Shown here: one piece after another, positions 11,014 to 22,136 of the stretch
How the letters are laid out: each line of letters begins with the position of its first letter
Numbering within the stretch: the first letter of the stretch is position 1
Source of the DNA: Nitrospirota bacterium
Lineage (GTDB): Bacteria; Nitrospirota; Nitrospiria; Nitrospirales; Nitrospiraceae
NCBI GenBank assembly: GCA_963703955.1
Contig: CAVPGK010000016.1
Coordinates: forward strand, 32,001 to 96,000
Reading direction: 5' to 3'
Length of the DNA: 64,000 nt
The notes under the pieces: model-generated
The model's input: the letters and a program-made list of their open reading frames with translations, nothing else
The model's database searches: none
Told to the model about the DNA's origin: nothing
Program-made: the position numbers and the translations under genes

Positions 11014-11213
11014 GCCGGGCATTCTAAGGGAATGTGGTAAGCAGAACAAGCGAAGGGTTGCCAGGTGGAAATCAGCTGCGCGTGAGTGACCGACCTGTCT
11101 GAGGGGTGTTCTTCTTCAACAAGACCAAGGTCTTAAGACCTGTGATGAATGGTGGGGATCGCCGAAAAGAGTTATAGGTGTGTCGATGACGTGATCAGAG
11201 TGGGACCGAGTGA

Positions 11214-11435
11214 ATGGAGGATCGCATGAAAGCCGACCGAGAAATAGTCGAACTGCTTCGGGATGTCCGGGACTTGATCCAAGTCCTCGTCATGCGGGAC
11301 CGCGCGGGTCCGATGGTCGACCTCACCAACACCTCGGAGCGGCATAGCCGCTCATGGTCGCTCTTGGCCCACCGCGAGTCCCTTCAGTTAGAAGAGGAAT
11401 CGGACGATTCGCCGCTCGGGCAGTGTGGTTCGTAA
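11214..11435 (+). CDS. Small hypothetical protein
   Basis: 73 aa ORF with GGAGG before the second ATG; acidic tail. Confidence 0.45.
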   Translation: MEDRMKADREIVELLRDVRDLIQVLVMRDRAGPMVDLTNTSERHSRSWSLLAHRESLQLEEESDDSPLGQCGS

Positions 11436-11523
11436 GTCAGGTATCTTGCTTCTCCCCTGCGTCTCCATCTGACTCGTGCTGTTCCGACTTCCCTCGAAGC
11501 GCAGAGGGCTAACAGGCAAGTCG

Positions 11524-11895
11524 GCTTCTCAGCTCCGAAGGGATGATCAATGATCAGCCGCCACGTGTCGTTCGACTGTCGGCGAATCACTTCGGCGCCC
11601 CGATGAGACATCTTTACAGATTTGCCATCGTCGCCTGTCCCGGTTAGAGTCCACTTCATCGTAACAAGGCGATGTCGTCCGTCTTGACTACGCTCTCTGT
11701 TTCCACCTTCAGGATCGGCTTCAGCGCGAGGAAGTTCTGCAGTCCGTCTCTCATGGCCTGTCCGGTGACGGCCGATCCTCCCGGTCGTGGAATCAGTTTG
11801 GCTGTAGATTCATACAGCGCCATCATCGAATCGAGATCTCCGACCGAGAACGCCTGGGCATACACCTGGTGAAAGTCTTCGGGATGACGGACCAT
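11524..11895 (-). CDS. SnoaL/DUF4440 (NTF2-like, YybH-type) protein, frameshifted near 11657
   Basis: AFSVGDLDSMMALYE joined to WTLTG...EVIRRQSNDTWRLIIDHPFG in the next frame; left end approximate. Confidence 0.75.
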
Positions 11896-12002
11896 CTATG
11901 GGTTTCCTTATGTTGCGTTGGTGATTATCGCATCGGTGGAGTAAAATCGGACGAGCAGTTCCATGATGCGCCGATGCCGGGCCCTCAACGCTCCATCGAA
12001 AA

Positions 12003-13229
12003 CTAATCCCCTTTCGGGTTCCATTCGTGGTCGGCTTCGACGGCTGAAGTAAGGCGGTCGAAGATGTCGGGGACAGCTGCAGCGACACGGCTCCAATTGG
12101 AGATCATGGGAATACCGAGAGGATCCTTCAGAAAAACCTCCGTCGCCAGACTGATACCCTTGAGAAAGACTTCCACGGCCGTTCGCTCCTGGTGGCGATC
12201 GAACTTCAGACTATTGATGGCGGCATCATCTTCATACTTCTTGATCGCTTCCTGAGCGATTTGCAGGTACGTCGCGCGGAGCGTTTTCAAAATCCCTTCC
12301 GACAAAATCACGCCTTCGCTGGCCAAATTCCTAAACAAGGACTTGGCGATGTCCACGCACATCTTATGCAGGCCGGCGTTCGGATCGTCCGCCGACAAGA
12401 CCTGATGCTTGTGCTCGTAGTTGTCGGTGAGATCGGCCTGGCACACCCGACGTAGGGCGCAGTTCCGATAGACCTCGGCTAAGACTCCAACCTCCAGCCC
12501 CCAATCCCCAGGGATTCGATTGGTCCAAGCGAGATCGGTCACCATGGCGAATTCTCCCGCCAGCGGGTATCGGAAACTATTGAAGAAAGCCAGCATGGGA
12601 TGATAGCCGACCAAACGCTGGAGGCTGCTGATCAAAGGGGTGATGAAGAGGCGGGTGACCCGACCGTGTAGACGATCAGTCACTCTGGCGTAATAGCCTT
12701 TGCAAAACTCATAGCCCAAATTGGGATTGGCAACCGGATAACAGAGCCGCGCCAAATACGCGCGGTTATAACTCAGGATATCGCAATCGTGTAGGACGAT
12801 CACCTTGCTGTCCCGCCTCGCCAGGACATAACCAAAGGCGATCCAGCAGGATTGTCCCTTGCCCGGCAAGCCGACATCGATTTCCTGGCTGATCAGGAGC
12901 TTCATGATCTCCTGAATGCGCGGTCCGTCTACCCAGACGAGCCGTACATCCTGCGGCAACACCTTGAAGTATTCTTTCGCCCGGCGGAACTCCAAGGCGG
13001 ATGAGGTCCCCAATGCAATGATGATCTCATTGAGGTACGTCACCTGTTTAAGGTGCTCCACGATGCCGCTGAGCGCCGGGCCTTCCAACTCGGAATAGAG
13101 GCACGGTAAGACAAGCGCGATCGGGTTGCTCGCGGCATGTTCGCCGAGCTCTTTTTCTAGATGATCGAGGTTCGGCTGCCCGAGCCGGTGCAAGGTGGCA
13201 ATCGAACTGGTTTGATAAAAGTCTGCCAT
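12003..13229 (-). CDS. gpgS: Glucosyl-3-phosphoglycerate synthase-type glycosyltransferase
   Basis: MADFYQ..IATLH, LVLPCLYSELEGPAL, GKG, HDCD, FCKGYY, GRVTRLF, RYPLAGEF, DWGLEVGVLAE, YEHKHQ. Confidence 0.8.
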   Translation of the reverse strand: MADFYQTSSIATLHRLGQPNLDHLEKELGEHAASNPIALVLPCLYSELEGPALSGIVEHLKQVTYLNEIIIALGTSSALEFRRAKEYFKVLPQDVRLVWVDGPRIQEIMKLLISQEIDVGLPGKGQSCWIAFGYVLARRDSKVIVLHDCDILSYNRAYLARLCYPVANPNLGYEFCKGYYARVTDRLHGRVTRLFITPLISSLQRLVGYHPMLAFFNSFRYPLAGEFAMVTDLAWTNRIPGDWGLEVGVLAEVYRNCALRRVCQADLTDNYEHKHQVLSADDPNAGLHKMCVDIAKSLFRNLASEGVILSEGILKTLRATYLQIAQEAIKKYEDDAAINSLKFDRHQERTAVEVFLKGISLATEVFLKDPLGIPMISNWSRVAAAVPDIFDRLTSAVEADHEWNPKGD

Positions 13230-13405
13230 GAGATGACCAAGGGTGCTGTCGCAAAGCAGCGACGCCGGAAGAATGCACCAGGTTCAAACAAGAATCAAGC
13301 CCATACCCTCATCTAAGTACCAATATCTGTTATTGTAGTGATTCATGTTTCTTGTGATATCCTACAGCGCATTTAGATTCAGACCACGGTGCCTTTGAGG
13401 ATTGA

Positions 13406-14059
13406 ATGCTGGTTCGAATCATGCTCGGTTTGGTGGCGATGTTTATGGCCGGATGCGCTCTGGAGCGCGAGCCTTCCAGGACGCCTCGGACGGCTATTGA
13501 GGAACTCATGCTGACTCAGGCGATAACGCGCAGCATGAAGGATCTCACCATCCCGCTGGAGCGCGGGACATCGCTGGCCGTGGAGGTATCGGGATTTCTC
13601 CCGGACCGAGCGTTTGTTGAAGGCGGAGGGATCACTAGCCTTATTCAAGGAGCACAGACGAATCGTAACGTCTACGCGTCTGGATCGGAGTTGCCCATGG
13701 TCCTGAGTTTGTTCCAAGGCCGCCTGGGAGAGCTGGGATTCTTGATTCAAAATCGTCGAGAGGACGCCAAGTATCTCGTGCGGGTCCTCGTGCACGCCTT
13801 GGGCACGGAGCAAGGAGAAACGTTCTTCGGGATGCCGGCGGTCCAAAGCGTCGTGATCCCGTTTGCCTTGCCGGCAATCAGCATTTTCAGGCTCCAGAAC
13901 CAGAAGGCGCATATGCGCTACACCATGAATATCTTTGACGCCGCCACCGGTCGCCTGGTTCGTTCGACACCCTGGTATTGGGGGTCGGCCTACTATGACC
14001 AGTACACCGTGCTCATTTTTTTCTTCTGGAGGCTGATGGATCTTACTCTGCCTCCATGA
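13406..14059 (+). CDS. Lipoprotein, DUF6655-like
   Basis: Lipobox MAGC; RTAIEELMLTQAI; ALGTEQGETFFGMP. Confidence 0.65.
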   Translation: MLVRIMLGLVAMFMAGCALEREPSRTPRTAIEELMLTQAITRSMKDLTIPLERGTSLAVEVSGFLPDRAFVEGGGITSLIQGAQTNRNVYASGSELPMVLSLFQGRLGELGFLIQNRREDAKYLVRVLVHALGTEQGETFFGMPAVQSVVIPFALPAISIFRLQNQKAHMRYTMNIFDAATGRLVRSTPWYWGSAYYDQYTVLIFFFWRLMDLTLPP

Positions 14060-14342
14060 GCTCCCGTAAGCCACCCGCTAAGCCTTGCTTGGCTCTTCAC
14101 CTTGCCGACCATTGCTGGACTTGCAGGACAGCCCCACGGGGAAGAGGCTGTAGCGGGTTTTCTCTTGCTCTTCCCAAACGGAAATGGCGGGGAGATCGCA
14201 ACCGAAGCCTTTATTTTTGCGTCCGCCACGAGCTTGAGTGAACCGGCGTCGGGGTCGCTCCCTGTCGTTCCTGGATTCCGGCGAAAGGATTTTGTAAGAT
14301 GCTGTTGGATGCCGTCGCCGTTGACTGCTGTTGGGAGGGGGA

Positions 14343-17300
14343 GTGACCGGTCGTTCCAGGACGTGGATCCTTGTTCTTCTCGCCATCGTTCTGATCAGCG
14401 CAGCCATTATTGCGTTCCCATTTCTGTATGATCCGGACTCCGTCAAAGCGTTTGTCCTTAAGCAGGTCGAAGCACAGGTCGGTCGCCAGATCGAAGTCGG
14501 AGAGGCACGCCTCGAGCTCTTTCCACGCATCCGGCTGACTCTTTCGCAAGTCGTCATTCGAGACACCGATCCCGCGCAGCTTTTTTTTACCGCACAACGT
14601 GTTGATCTGGTCTTGAAGGCCTATTCGCTCCTCTTACGTCATCAAGTCGTCGGCAAGCGATTGACCATCGACGAGCCTCGTCTGGAATTCAGGCGCGATC
14701 GGTCCGGGCACTGGAATGTCGTCGCCGCGTCGAGCGTCCAACCGTCCACCGAGGACGGCGTGGGAAATCCACTCGGTCTGCTCATGTTGGTTCGCCAGAC
14801 CCGCCTAAGGCAGGGGCACCTGCACGTGGTGGATGAGTTCCGCCCGGACGGGGAGCGCTCCTTCGATGTCAGCGAATTGGATGCCAAGGTGGTCGTCGCG
14901 CCCAATGCCGCGCATGCGGATGTCACTCTCGCGGGGAGAATTCCCGACTCCCCTAAGGAGTCGACCTTTTCCTTGACCGGTCGAGTCAAACCGCATACTC
15001 CTGCCGCAAAAATGGCGGTGGAGGACATCGGTCGGGCGGATCCATCCCTGCAGTTTGAAGGCACCGTTGAGGTGAGCCAAGCGGACATCCGACAAATTGC
15101 GGACTTCTTCGGACCGCGACCGATTCCGGAACGGGTTCATGGGTCGATCGATCTTCAAGGCCACATGAGCTTTGCTCCCGGCATGGTGGGTTACGACATG
15201 GTCCTGTCCAAGATGAAAGCCGGAATCGAAGGCCTTGATATCGCCGGTCAAGCCAGTTTGTCCGGCTTGATGGGAGCGCATCCGACCGTCGCACTAACTT
15301 TTTCATCGTCGCCGGTGACGTTGGATGAGCTGTTGACTCGGTTTCCAGTCCAGTGGCTTCATCCCCATTTACAACAGGTGGTGACGGAGCAGCAGATCGG
15401 AGGAACCATAGAGGTCGTAACGGCAACGGTCACCGGGTCGGCCACACCAGAGCATCGTCTTTCATTGACCGGGGAACTTCGCGTGAAACAGGGCCGCGCT
15501 CTGATTGGTCATGACCGGACGCCGGCCAAGGATTTATCAGGCGGGATCTTCATCGAGCCCGATCGCCTCAGGGTCGTCGAGCTCAGTGGAACCTATGGAA
15601 CGATGCGCATCACCGGCGGAAAAGCGCTCGTTTCGTCATTGGAGACGGATCCTGGGTTGGAGCTGGATGTCAGCGGTGAAATGCCCGCAGCCGCGCTCAT
15701 CGCGACCCTGACCAAGAGCGTGACAGCGCCTCGTCTTTCTAAGGCTTTGGCGGGTCTCCATGACATCAAGGGAGACTCGTTGGTATCCTTGCGCATGGCG
15801 GGCTCGGTCAATACACCCGACGCCATCAAGATTTCGAGCGCGGAGGTGATGGCTCAAGACGTATGGTTTCGAAGTCCGCTGTTGACTGAACGGGTCGTCG
15901 ATTTGAACGGGCGCCTGATCTACACCAAGACGGGGGTTCAATTCGACAGGATGGCGGGTCGTATCGGGCGCAGTCAATTTGAAGTGCATGGCGCGTTGAC
16001 CACCGGCAATCCGGTTGCCTATCAGGATTTGACCGTTCGAGCGCGGGCGGATGTGTCTCAGTTTCTGCGCCTCCTCCCGTTCCAGCTGCCTTCCACTGTG
16101 AACCTGGAAGGCATGGCTGGACTCGCTATGACATTGTCGGGTCCACTCGAGACCCCGCGCATGAAGGGCCTTCTCGAATTGAGAGAAACCTCCCTGTCGA
16201 TTCCTGAGATGCTGCAGAAGCCGGCCGGAACATCGACCTCCATAGAATTCGAAGGGGACCTCTCTCGGACTTCCGTATTAACTGTGGAACGGCTCGAACT
16301 GGTCTTGCCACCGTTTCGCCTGGCGGGAAAAGGGCGCATTCGCTTGGGCGGCTCCAACAACCTGGACATCACCTTTGTGTCAGGGCCCGTTTCTATTTCC
16401 GGGCTGCCTCAAGGAATGACGACGGGGCCCGTCAAAGACGGGATTGTTGAAGTCTCACTGGACATCCGAGGCAGGGCGGACGACTGGAAAACATGGCAGA
16501 TGAATGGCTGGGTCGCGGTCACGGATGGAATGATCGAGCCGCCTCGCCTCGATTATCCCATTGCGAATCTGTACTTGCGCCTCAAGGTGGTTCAAAACGG
16601 CGCGGAGATCAAGCGGCTAGCGTTCAAGATCAAAGACAGCGATGTGCGGCTCTCGGGCGAGATCAAGAACTGGAACCTGACGCCGTCCATCGATGTGGAA
16701 GTCGAATCGGCCCAGCTCGATTTGGACCTACTGGTCCCGAAAGGCGCACGGTCGCCGGTGCGTGATTTCCTCGAGACCTTGGCGGAAACGTCGCGAGTGG
16801 TCGCCATGGTGACCATCGATCGTGGGACCTACAAGTCGCTGACGTTTACGGATCTCTCATGGCGACTCGTCGCAAAGGACGGCATGCTGGACATCGATCG
16901 CATTAGTGGTGATACGGAGGATGGGCAGGTCTCCGGGCGCTTGGTGTTCCATTTGCCGAGACAGAAACCGGCGGAGGCCAACGCCTCCGTACGTTTCTCG
17001 GGCATTCCGTTCGAACGGCTGTGGCAGCTCATGGGGGATGAGGCGCATCTGATAACCGGCTCGCTGTCTGGCAGCGGAACCATCAAGGGCAACGACAGAG
17101 ATCCGCTCGGCATCTTGCACAGCCTCGACGTCCGAATGGAACTCGTCGTCGAGCAAGGACGTGTCCGGAGGGGAACCATCTTGCCGAAGATCGTCACGAT
17201 CCTGAATCTCCCAACGTTGCTGCAAGGAAAGGTTGACCTGGCCAAAGAGGGGTTTCCATTCGACAAGTTCATAGGATCGTTTTCCATGATGAATGGGGTC

Positions 17301-17708
17301 CTCACGGAAGACAATCTGATTATGGATAGCCCGATTATGAAAATGAGCGCCGCAGGCAATTATGAAGTGTTGGATGATCGCTTGGACGCCGTAGCGGTCG
17401 TGAGTCCTCTGGGGTCGTATTCCCAGTTCTTAAAGAGCATTCCTCTGTTCGGAAAAGTGTTCGCTGGCGAACGACAGGGCATCGATACCGCGCTGTTCGA
17501 AGTCAAAGGATCGTTCAAAGATCCTGACGTTAAGTATCTGCCCATGCGCTCATTTGCCACAGGCCTGAGCGGGTTGGCACAACTCGCCTTCGACATGTTG
17601 AAGAACACCATCATGCTGCCGAAGGAGTTGATCGTCCCCAGCAATGAGGTCAAACGAACCTCGGAACAACCCAATCATTCCGAACGATCCGATCAGCACT
17701 CGCCTTGA
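14343..17708 (+). CDS. AsmA/YhdP-family protein
   Basis: N-terminal TM, VKAFVLKQVEAQVGRQIEV, long beta-rich body, C-terminal IPLFGKVFAG...FEVKGSFKDPDV. Confidence 0.85.
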   Translation: MTGRSRTWILVLLAIVLISAAIIAFPFLYDPDSVKAFVLKQVEAQVGRQIEVGEARLELFPRIRLTLSQVVIRDTDPAQLFFTAQRVDLVLKAYSLLLRHQVVGKRLTIDEPRLEFRRDRSGHWNVVAASSVQPSTEDGVGNPLGLLMLVRQTRLRQGHLHVVDEFRPDGERSFDVSELDAKVVVAPNAAHADVTLAGRIPDSPKESTFSLTGRVKPHTPAAKMAVEDIGRADPSLQFEGTVEVSQADIRQIADFFGPRPIPERVHGSIDLQGHMSFAPGMVGYDMVLSKMKAGIEGLDIAGQASLSGLMGAHPTVALTFSSSPVTLDELLTRFPVQWLHPHLQQVVTEQQIGGTIEVVTATVTGSATPEHRLSLTGELRVKQGRALIGHDRTPAKDLSGGIFIEPDRLRVVELSGTYGTMRITGGKALVSSLETDPGLELDVSGEMPAAALIATLTKSVTAPRLSKALAGLHDIKGDSLVSLRMAGSVNTPDAIKISSAEVMAQDVWFRSPLLTERVVDLNGRLIYTKTGVQFDRMAGRIGRSQFEVHGALTTGNPVAYQDLTVRARADVSQFLRLLPFQLPSTVNLEGMAGLAMTLSGPLETPRMKGLLELRETSLSIPEMLQKPAGTSTSIEFEGDLSRTSVLTVERLELVLPPFRLAGKGRIRLGGSNNLDITFVSGPVSISGLPQGMTTGPVKDGIVEVSLDIRGRADDWKTWQMNGWVAVTDGMIEPPRLDYPIANLYLRLKVVQNGAEIKRLAFKIKDSDVRLSGEIKNWNLTPSIDVEVESAQLDLDLLVPKGARSPVRDFLETLAETSRVVAMVTIDRGTYKSLTFTDLSWRLVAKDGMLDIDRISGDTEDGQVSGRLVFHLPRQKPAEANASVRFSGIPFERLWQLMGDEAHLITGSLSGSGTIKGNDRDPLGILHSLDVRMELVVEQGRVRRGTILPKIVTILNLPTLLQGKVDLAKEGFPFDKFIGSFSMMNGVLTEDNLIMDSPIMKMSAAGNYEVLDDRLDAVAVVSPLGSYSQFLKSIPLFGKVFAGERQGIDTALFEVKGSFKDPDVKYLPMRSFATGLSGLAQLAFDMLKNTIMLPKELIVPSNEVKRTSEQPNHSERSDQHSP

Positions 17709-17806
17709 ACCTCTCCTTCCTGCATGATAGCATCACTCAGAGCCCGTGCGGCGTGATCACGTCAGAAACGACACACCGTTGCCTCGAGTCATTGTGGGAG
17801 GTTTCT

Positions 17807-18937
17807 ATGACCACCGGCCGTGCGACGCTGATTATTGCCGCGAGTGAATCGGACTCCAATCTGTACTACGCTACCCGGTTTATCGCCCCGGACCCCTTTA
17901 TCTATCTAGAAATCAACGGCGAGCGACTCATGGTCATGAGTGATCTGGAGATAGATCGCGCCCGTAGCCAGGCGACGGTGGAGAAAGTGCTGTCCTACAG
18001 CGAGGTCGAACGACGCCTGCGCGCGCAAGGTGTCTCTGACCCGGGTACGATCGACGTGGTGCACGGGGTCCTTCAATCCGCTGGAGTGACGTGTCTTCTG
18101 GTTCCGGGGACCTTTCCGTACGCCTACGCCGCCCGCTTGCAGGAGCTCGGCTATCAACTTGAGACGAAGAAAGAGCCGTTTTTCGAAGCCCGTGTCGTCA
18201 AGACCGAGGACGAAGTCCGGTACATCGAAGACGCTCAACGCGCGACGGAAGAGGCGGTGGCGGCGGCTCATGCAGCGCTCCGTGCCGCCTCGCTCCGAGA
18301 CGGCCTCTTGTGGCTGGACGGAGAGCCTTTAACGTCCGAACGGATCAAGAAAGTTATCAACGTGAAACTGATGGAGCGGGATTGCATAGCACAGCACACG
18401 ATCGTGGCCGGTGGAGATCAAGCCTGTGACCCGCACAACGAAGGCAGCGGCCCACTGCCCCAGGATCGCAGCATCATCTTCGATGTTTTCCCGCGGTCAG
18501 GTCGTACGCGATATTTTGCGGATATGTCGAGGACTGTGGTGCGAGGACGGCCGTCTCCTGAACTGAGACGGTTGTATCAGACGGTCAAGGACGCACAGGA
18601 AGAGGCCATCACCAAAGTGCGTGATGGCGCGGACGGTGGGAAGATTCACCGCGGAATCTGCGAGCGGTTCGAGGGCGCAGGATACCAGACCGGTGTGGTA
18701 AACGGCCGCATGCAAGGCTATTTTCACGGTACCGGCCATGGCGTCGGTCTGGACATTCACGAGGCTCCTCGTATCAACCGCACCGGCTCTCTCTTGCTGG
18801 CAGGCCACATCGTCACGGTCGAGCCCGGACTCTATTATCCGGGATTGGGCGCCGTCCGGATCGAGGACATGGTCCTCGTTACACGTGATGGCTGCCGGAA
18901 TTTGACGAATTTTCCGAAGACGTTTGAATTGGATTGA
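17807..18937 (+). CDS. Xaa-Pro peptidase, M24 family
   Basis: ADMSRT, HGTGHGVGLDIHEAP, TVEPGLY, RIEDMV. Confidence 0.92.
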   Translation: MTTGRATLIIAASESDSNLYYATRFIAPDPFIYLEINGERLMVMSDLEIDRARSQATVEKVLSYSEVERRLRAQGVSDPGTIDVVHGVLQSAGVTCLLVPGTFPYAYAARLQELGYQLETKKEPFFEARVVKTEDEVRYIEDAQRATEEAVAAAHAALRAASLRDGLLWLDGEPLTSERIKKVINVKLMERDCIAQHTIVAGGDQACDPHNEGSGPLPQDRSIIFDVFPRSGRTRYFADMSRTVVRGRPSPELRRLYQTVKDAQEEAITKVRDGADGGKIHRGICERFEGAGYQTGVVNGRMQGYFHGTGHGVGLDIHEAPRINRTGSLLLAGHIVTVEPGLYYPGLGAVRIEDMVLVTRDGCRNLTNFPKTFELD

Positions 18938-19041
18938 GACAAGCACCATCAGCGAATCAGCCTTCAATGTCTCCCCCTTTCGTTCCGCACTCGATAGAGG
19001 AGAGGGGGGAAGCTGATGACTGGTGATGGCTGAAAGCCACG

Positions 19042-20014
19042 ATGCGCATTACCTTCACCCTCCAACGGTTCAATCCGGAGACTGACACCCACACGCATGA
19101 CGAAGACTATCGCCTGGAAGTGGGACGCGGAGCGACGATCCTCGAAAGCCTCATTCGCATCAAGAACGAGCAAGACGGGACACTTGCCCTTCGGTATTCC
19201 TGTCGGTCTGCGATCTGTGGCTCCTGCGCCATGACTATTAACGGACAGCCTAAGTTGGCATGTCGGACGGCCGTGCGCAAGGAATTGGAGCGTCACAGAG
19301 AAATCAAGATCTCGCCCCTTTCGAATCTGCCCATCATCAAGGACCTGGTCGTAGACATGTCGTCGTTTTGGACTAAGGTGCGAGCGGTGCACCCATGGTT
19401 GACCGCCGTACCGTTTGATTCACTCGGAGAACTCCCCACAGGCCCAGCTAAAGCTGATGCCGGGCACCTACCAATTTCACAACGTCGATGCCTGCATCAT
19501 GTGCAGCGCCTGTGTCGCCGCCTGCACATCGCATGAGGTCTCGCCGGCTTTTCTCGGACCAGCCGCCCTTGCAAAGGCTGATCGATTTCTTTCCGATCCT
19601 AGGGAGTCAGATGCGGCGAAACGTCTGCGACTAAAAGAGTTGGAAAAACCGGACGGCATGTGGGACTGCACCCGCTGCAACTTCTGCGTCGAAGTCTGCC
19701 CCAAAGACGTCAAGCCGATGGAAGCAATTATTCGCCTGCGGCGCGCCGCAATCGAACGGGGGTTTGTCACCACCGGCGGGGCTCGACACATTCTGGGCTT
19801 CGTGGACATAGTTCGCCGGGAAGGACGGCTCAACGAAGCCCTCATGCCCTTGAAAGTGGTGGGGCACCAGTTCGCGCGTCTGCTGAGCGTCTTGCCCTTG
19901 GGTCTTAAAATGCTCTTGAAGGGTAAGGTACCGAATCCGTTCTCGTCGTCCATCCAGGGGATAGAACACGTCCGCGCGATCTTTGCCGCTCGCCAGCGTG
20001 CGAAGCCATCCTAA
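19042..20014 (+). CDS. sdhB: Succinate dehydrogenase/fumarate reductase Fe-S subunit, frameshifted near 19415
   Basis: SCRSAICGSC...LAC, IIKDLVVD in ORF 19042; CIMCSAC...C and CTRCNFCVEVCP in ORF 19415. Confidence 0.9.
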
Positions 20015-20019
20015 CCTCC

Positions 20020-20460
20020 ATGGCTTCCTCGTTTAGATTTCTCGAAGACGTGGCGTTGGCTGACACCGCGTTTGAGGCCACCGGCGACTCGCTCTCCGAG
20101 TTGTTCACGGCCGCCGCAGGAGCCGTAATCGAGACGATGGTGAATCCCTCTTCTGTCGGCTCCAGTTTTGAGCGGGAAATCGAACATACGGAGGAGGATC
20201 CCGCGTCTTTGTTGTTTGACTGGCTATCGGATCTTGTCTATTTGAAGGATGCGGAAGGGGTGTTGTTCCATGCCGCTTTCGCGACTGTCACGAGAGAAGC
20301 CCCTTCGGGGAGATGGCGCCTTCGCGGAAAATTGATAGGAGAACCGATTGACCCAGACCGTCATGAGTTGCGCGCCGACGTCAAGGCGGTGACAAAACAT
20401 CTGTACGAGGTTCGGCAAGAGGACAGTCGGTGGAGAGCTAAGGTGGTGCTGGATATATGA
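20020..20460 (+). CDS. Archease
   Basis: FLEDVALAD.AFEATG, LLFDWLSDLVYL, DVKAVT.H, C-terminal VVLDI; adjacent to rtcB. Confidence 0.92.
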   Translation: MASSFRFLEDVALADTAFEATGDSLSELFTAAAGAVIETMVNPSSVGSSFEREIEHTEEDPASLLFDWLSDLVYLKDAEGVLFHAAFATVTREAPSGRWRLRGKLIGEPIDPDRHELRADVKAVTKHLYEVRQEDSRWRAKVVLDI

Positions 20461-20544
20461 GTTTGGAAGGGTGACGTCCAACGGGAAGGGGCGCGTCTTG
20501 ACGCGCCGGGTGCGGGTGGGTGAGGTAACTGGCGGGGTGGGCGG

Positions 20545-21999
20545 GTGAAACAGTTACATACCGACATGACCGTGAACCGGATGACCGATCAGATTTGGGA
20601 GATTCCCGTCTCGGAAAAAGGAGGGATGCTGGTGCCCGCCCGCATCTACGCGACTGAGACTATTCTCTCCGACATGGACAGCGGCGTGTTCGAGCAGGTC
20701 ACGAACGTCGCCTGTTTGCCCGGCATCCAACGTTATGCCCTGTGCATGCCTGACGGCCATTGGGGGTATGGATTCCCAATCGGCGGCGTGGCGGCCTTCG
20801 ATCCGAATGACGGCGTCATCTCACCGGGCGGAGTCGGGTATGACATCAATTGTGGGATGCGGCTGATTCGAACCGACCTTACACTGTCTGACGTGCGGCC
20901 GCGGTTGGAGCAACTCATGACCGAGCTGTTTCGTCGAATCCCGGCCGGCGTGGGAGCGAAAGGGTTTGTGTCCTTGAATCGCGGTGAGTTCGAAGACGTG
21001 ATGCGGAAAGGGGCCCGCTGGTGTGTCGAGCGCGGGTATGGGTGGAACGAAGATCTGACACGCATTGAGGAGCGGGGGTGCATTCCTGGGGCTGACCCAT
21101 CAAAGGTCAGCGATCAGGCCGTCGCCCGGGGCCACTCGCAACTCGGGACGCTGGGGTCCGGGAACCATTATCTCGAGGTCCAGGTCGTGTCCGATGAGCG
21201 AATCTTCGATCGTGACACCGCCGCCGCACTGGGCATCACCGGCCGAGATCAGATCGTTGTCATGGTTCACTGCGGTTCGCGCGGGTTCGGCCATCAGGTT
21301 GCCAGCGACTACCTCAAGGTGTTTGAAAAAGCCATGCGGCGATACGGGATTACCGTGAAGGATCAGCAACTCGCCTGTGCGCCCTTTCGTTCTCCCGAGG
21401 GGCAGGATTATTTCGCCGCCATGAACTGCGCCGCGAACAGCGCCTTTGCCAATCGCCAGGTCATCATGCACCAAATTCGGGAGGCGTTTGCCTCGGTCTT
21501 CGGCTGTCCGGCTGAATCGCTGGGCATGCACCTGATCTACGACGTAGCCCACAACATCGCCAAGGTCGAGAGGTACGCTGAGGGCGACCTGGTCGTGCAC
21601 CGGAAGGGCTCGACACGGGCCTACGGCCCTGGGCGGCCCGAGCTGCCTGATCTCTATCGAAAGATCGGTCAGCCTGTGATCTGCGGCGGGTCCATGGAAA
21701 CCGGTTCCTATCTGTTGGTCGGGACAGATCGGGCCATGCATGAGACGTTCGGCTCCACGATGCACGGGTCGGGGCGGACGATGTCCCGCGCTCAGGCCAA
21801 GCGCATGGTGCGAGGAGAGCAGATTCGGAAGCAGATGGCGGATCGGGGCATCATCGTGAAGGCCGTCTCAATGTCAGGCCTTGCCGAGGAAGCGGGACTT
21901 GCGTACAAGAATATCTCTGAGGTGGTGGAGACGGTACATCAGGCGGGCATTACGAAAAAGGTGGCGGAGCTAAGACCGATCGGAAACATAAAGGGATGA
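20545..21999 (+). CDS. rtcB: RNA ligase RtcB
   Basis: MPDGHWGYGFPIGG, GYDINCG, GTLGSGNHY, HCGSRG, HRKG, HGSGR, EEA..AYK. Confidence 0.96.
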   Translation: MKQLHTDMTVNRMTDQIWEIPVSEKGGMLVPARIYATETILSDMDSGVFEQVTNVACLPGIQRYALCMPDGHWGYGFPIGGVAAFDPNDGVISPGGVGYDINCGMRLIRTDLTLSDVRPRLEQLMTELFRRIPAGVGAKGFVSLNRGEFEDVMRKGARWCVERGYGWNEDLTRIEERGCIPGADPSKVSDQAVARGHSQLGTLGSGNHYLEVQVVSDERIFDRDTAAALGITGRDQIVVMVHCGSRGFGHQVASDYLKVFEKAMRRYGITVKDQQLACAPFRSPEGQDYFAAMNCAANSAFANRQVIMHQIREAFASVFGCPAESLGMHLIYDVAHNIAKVERYAEGDLVVHRKGSTRAYGPGRPELPDLYRKIGQPVICGGSMETGSYLLVGTDRAMHETFGSTMHGSGRTMSRAQAKRMVRGEQIRKQMADRGIIVKAVSMSGLAEEAGLAYKNISEVVETVHQAGITKKVAELRPIGNIKG

Positions 22000-22110
22000 A
22001 GAAAACACTGTTGCCTACACGGAGCTGAAATCTGATTTGGTACCGAGCCTTGACGGGAACGTGGAGCGGGAAGTACGTAGGTGAATTAGGTCGGTCTCAA
22101 AAAGCGGTGA

Positions 22111-22136
22111 GGGGCTCTCTTTGGTAAGAAAGCCCC
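22111..22136. terminator. Hairpin, possible bidirectional terminator
   Basis: GGGGCTCTCT-TTGGTA-AGAAAGCCCC, ~110 bp downstream of rtcB. Confidence 0.5.

Noticed and set aside
20545..21999. Intein in RtcB
   Set aside because: 484 aa is a normal length and the motifs are contiguous.
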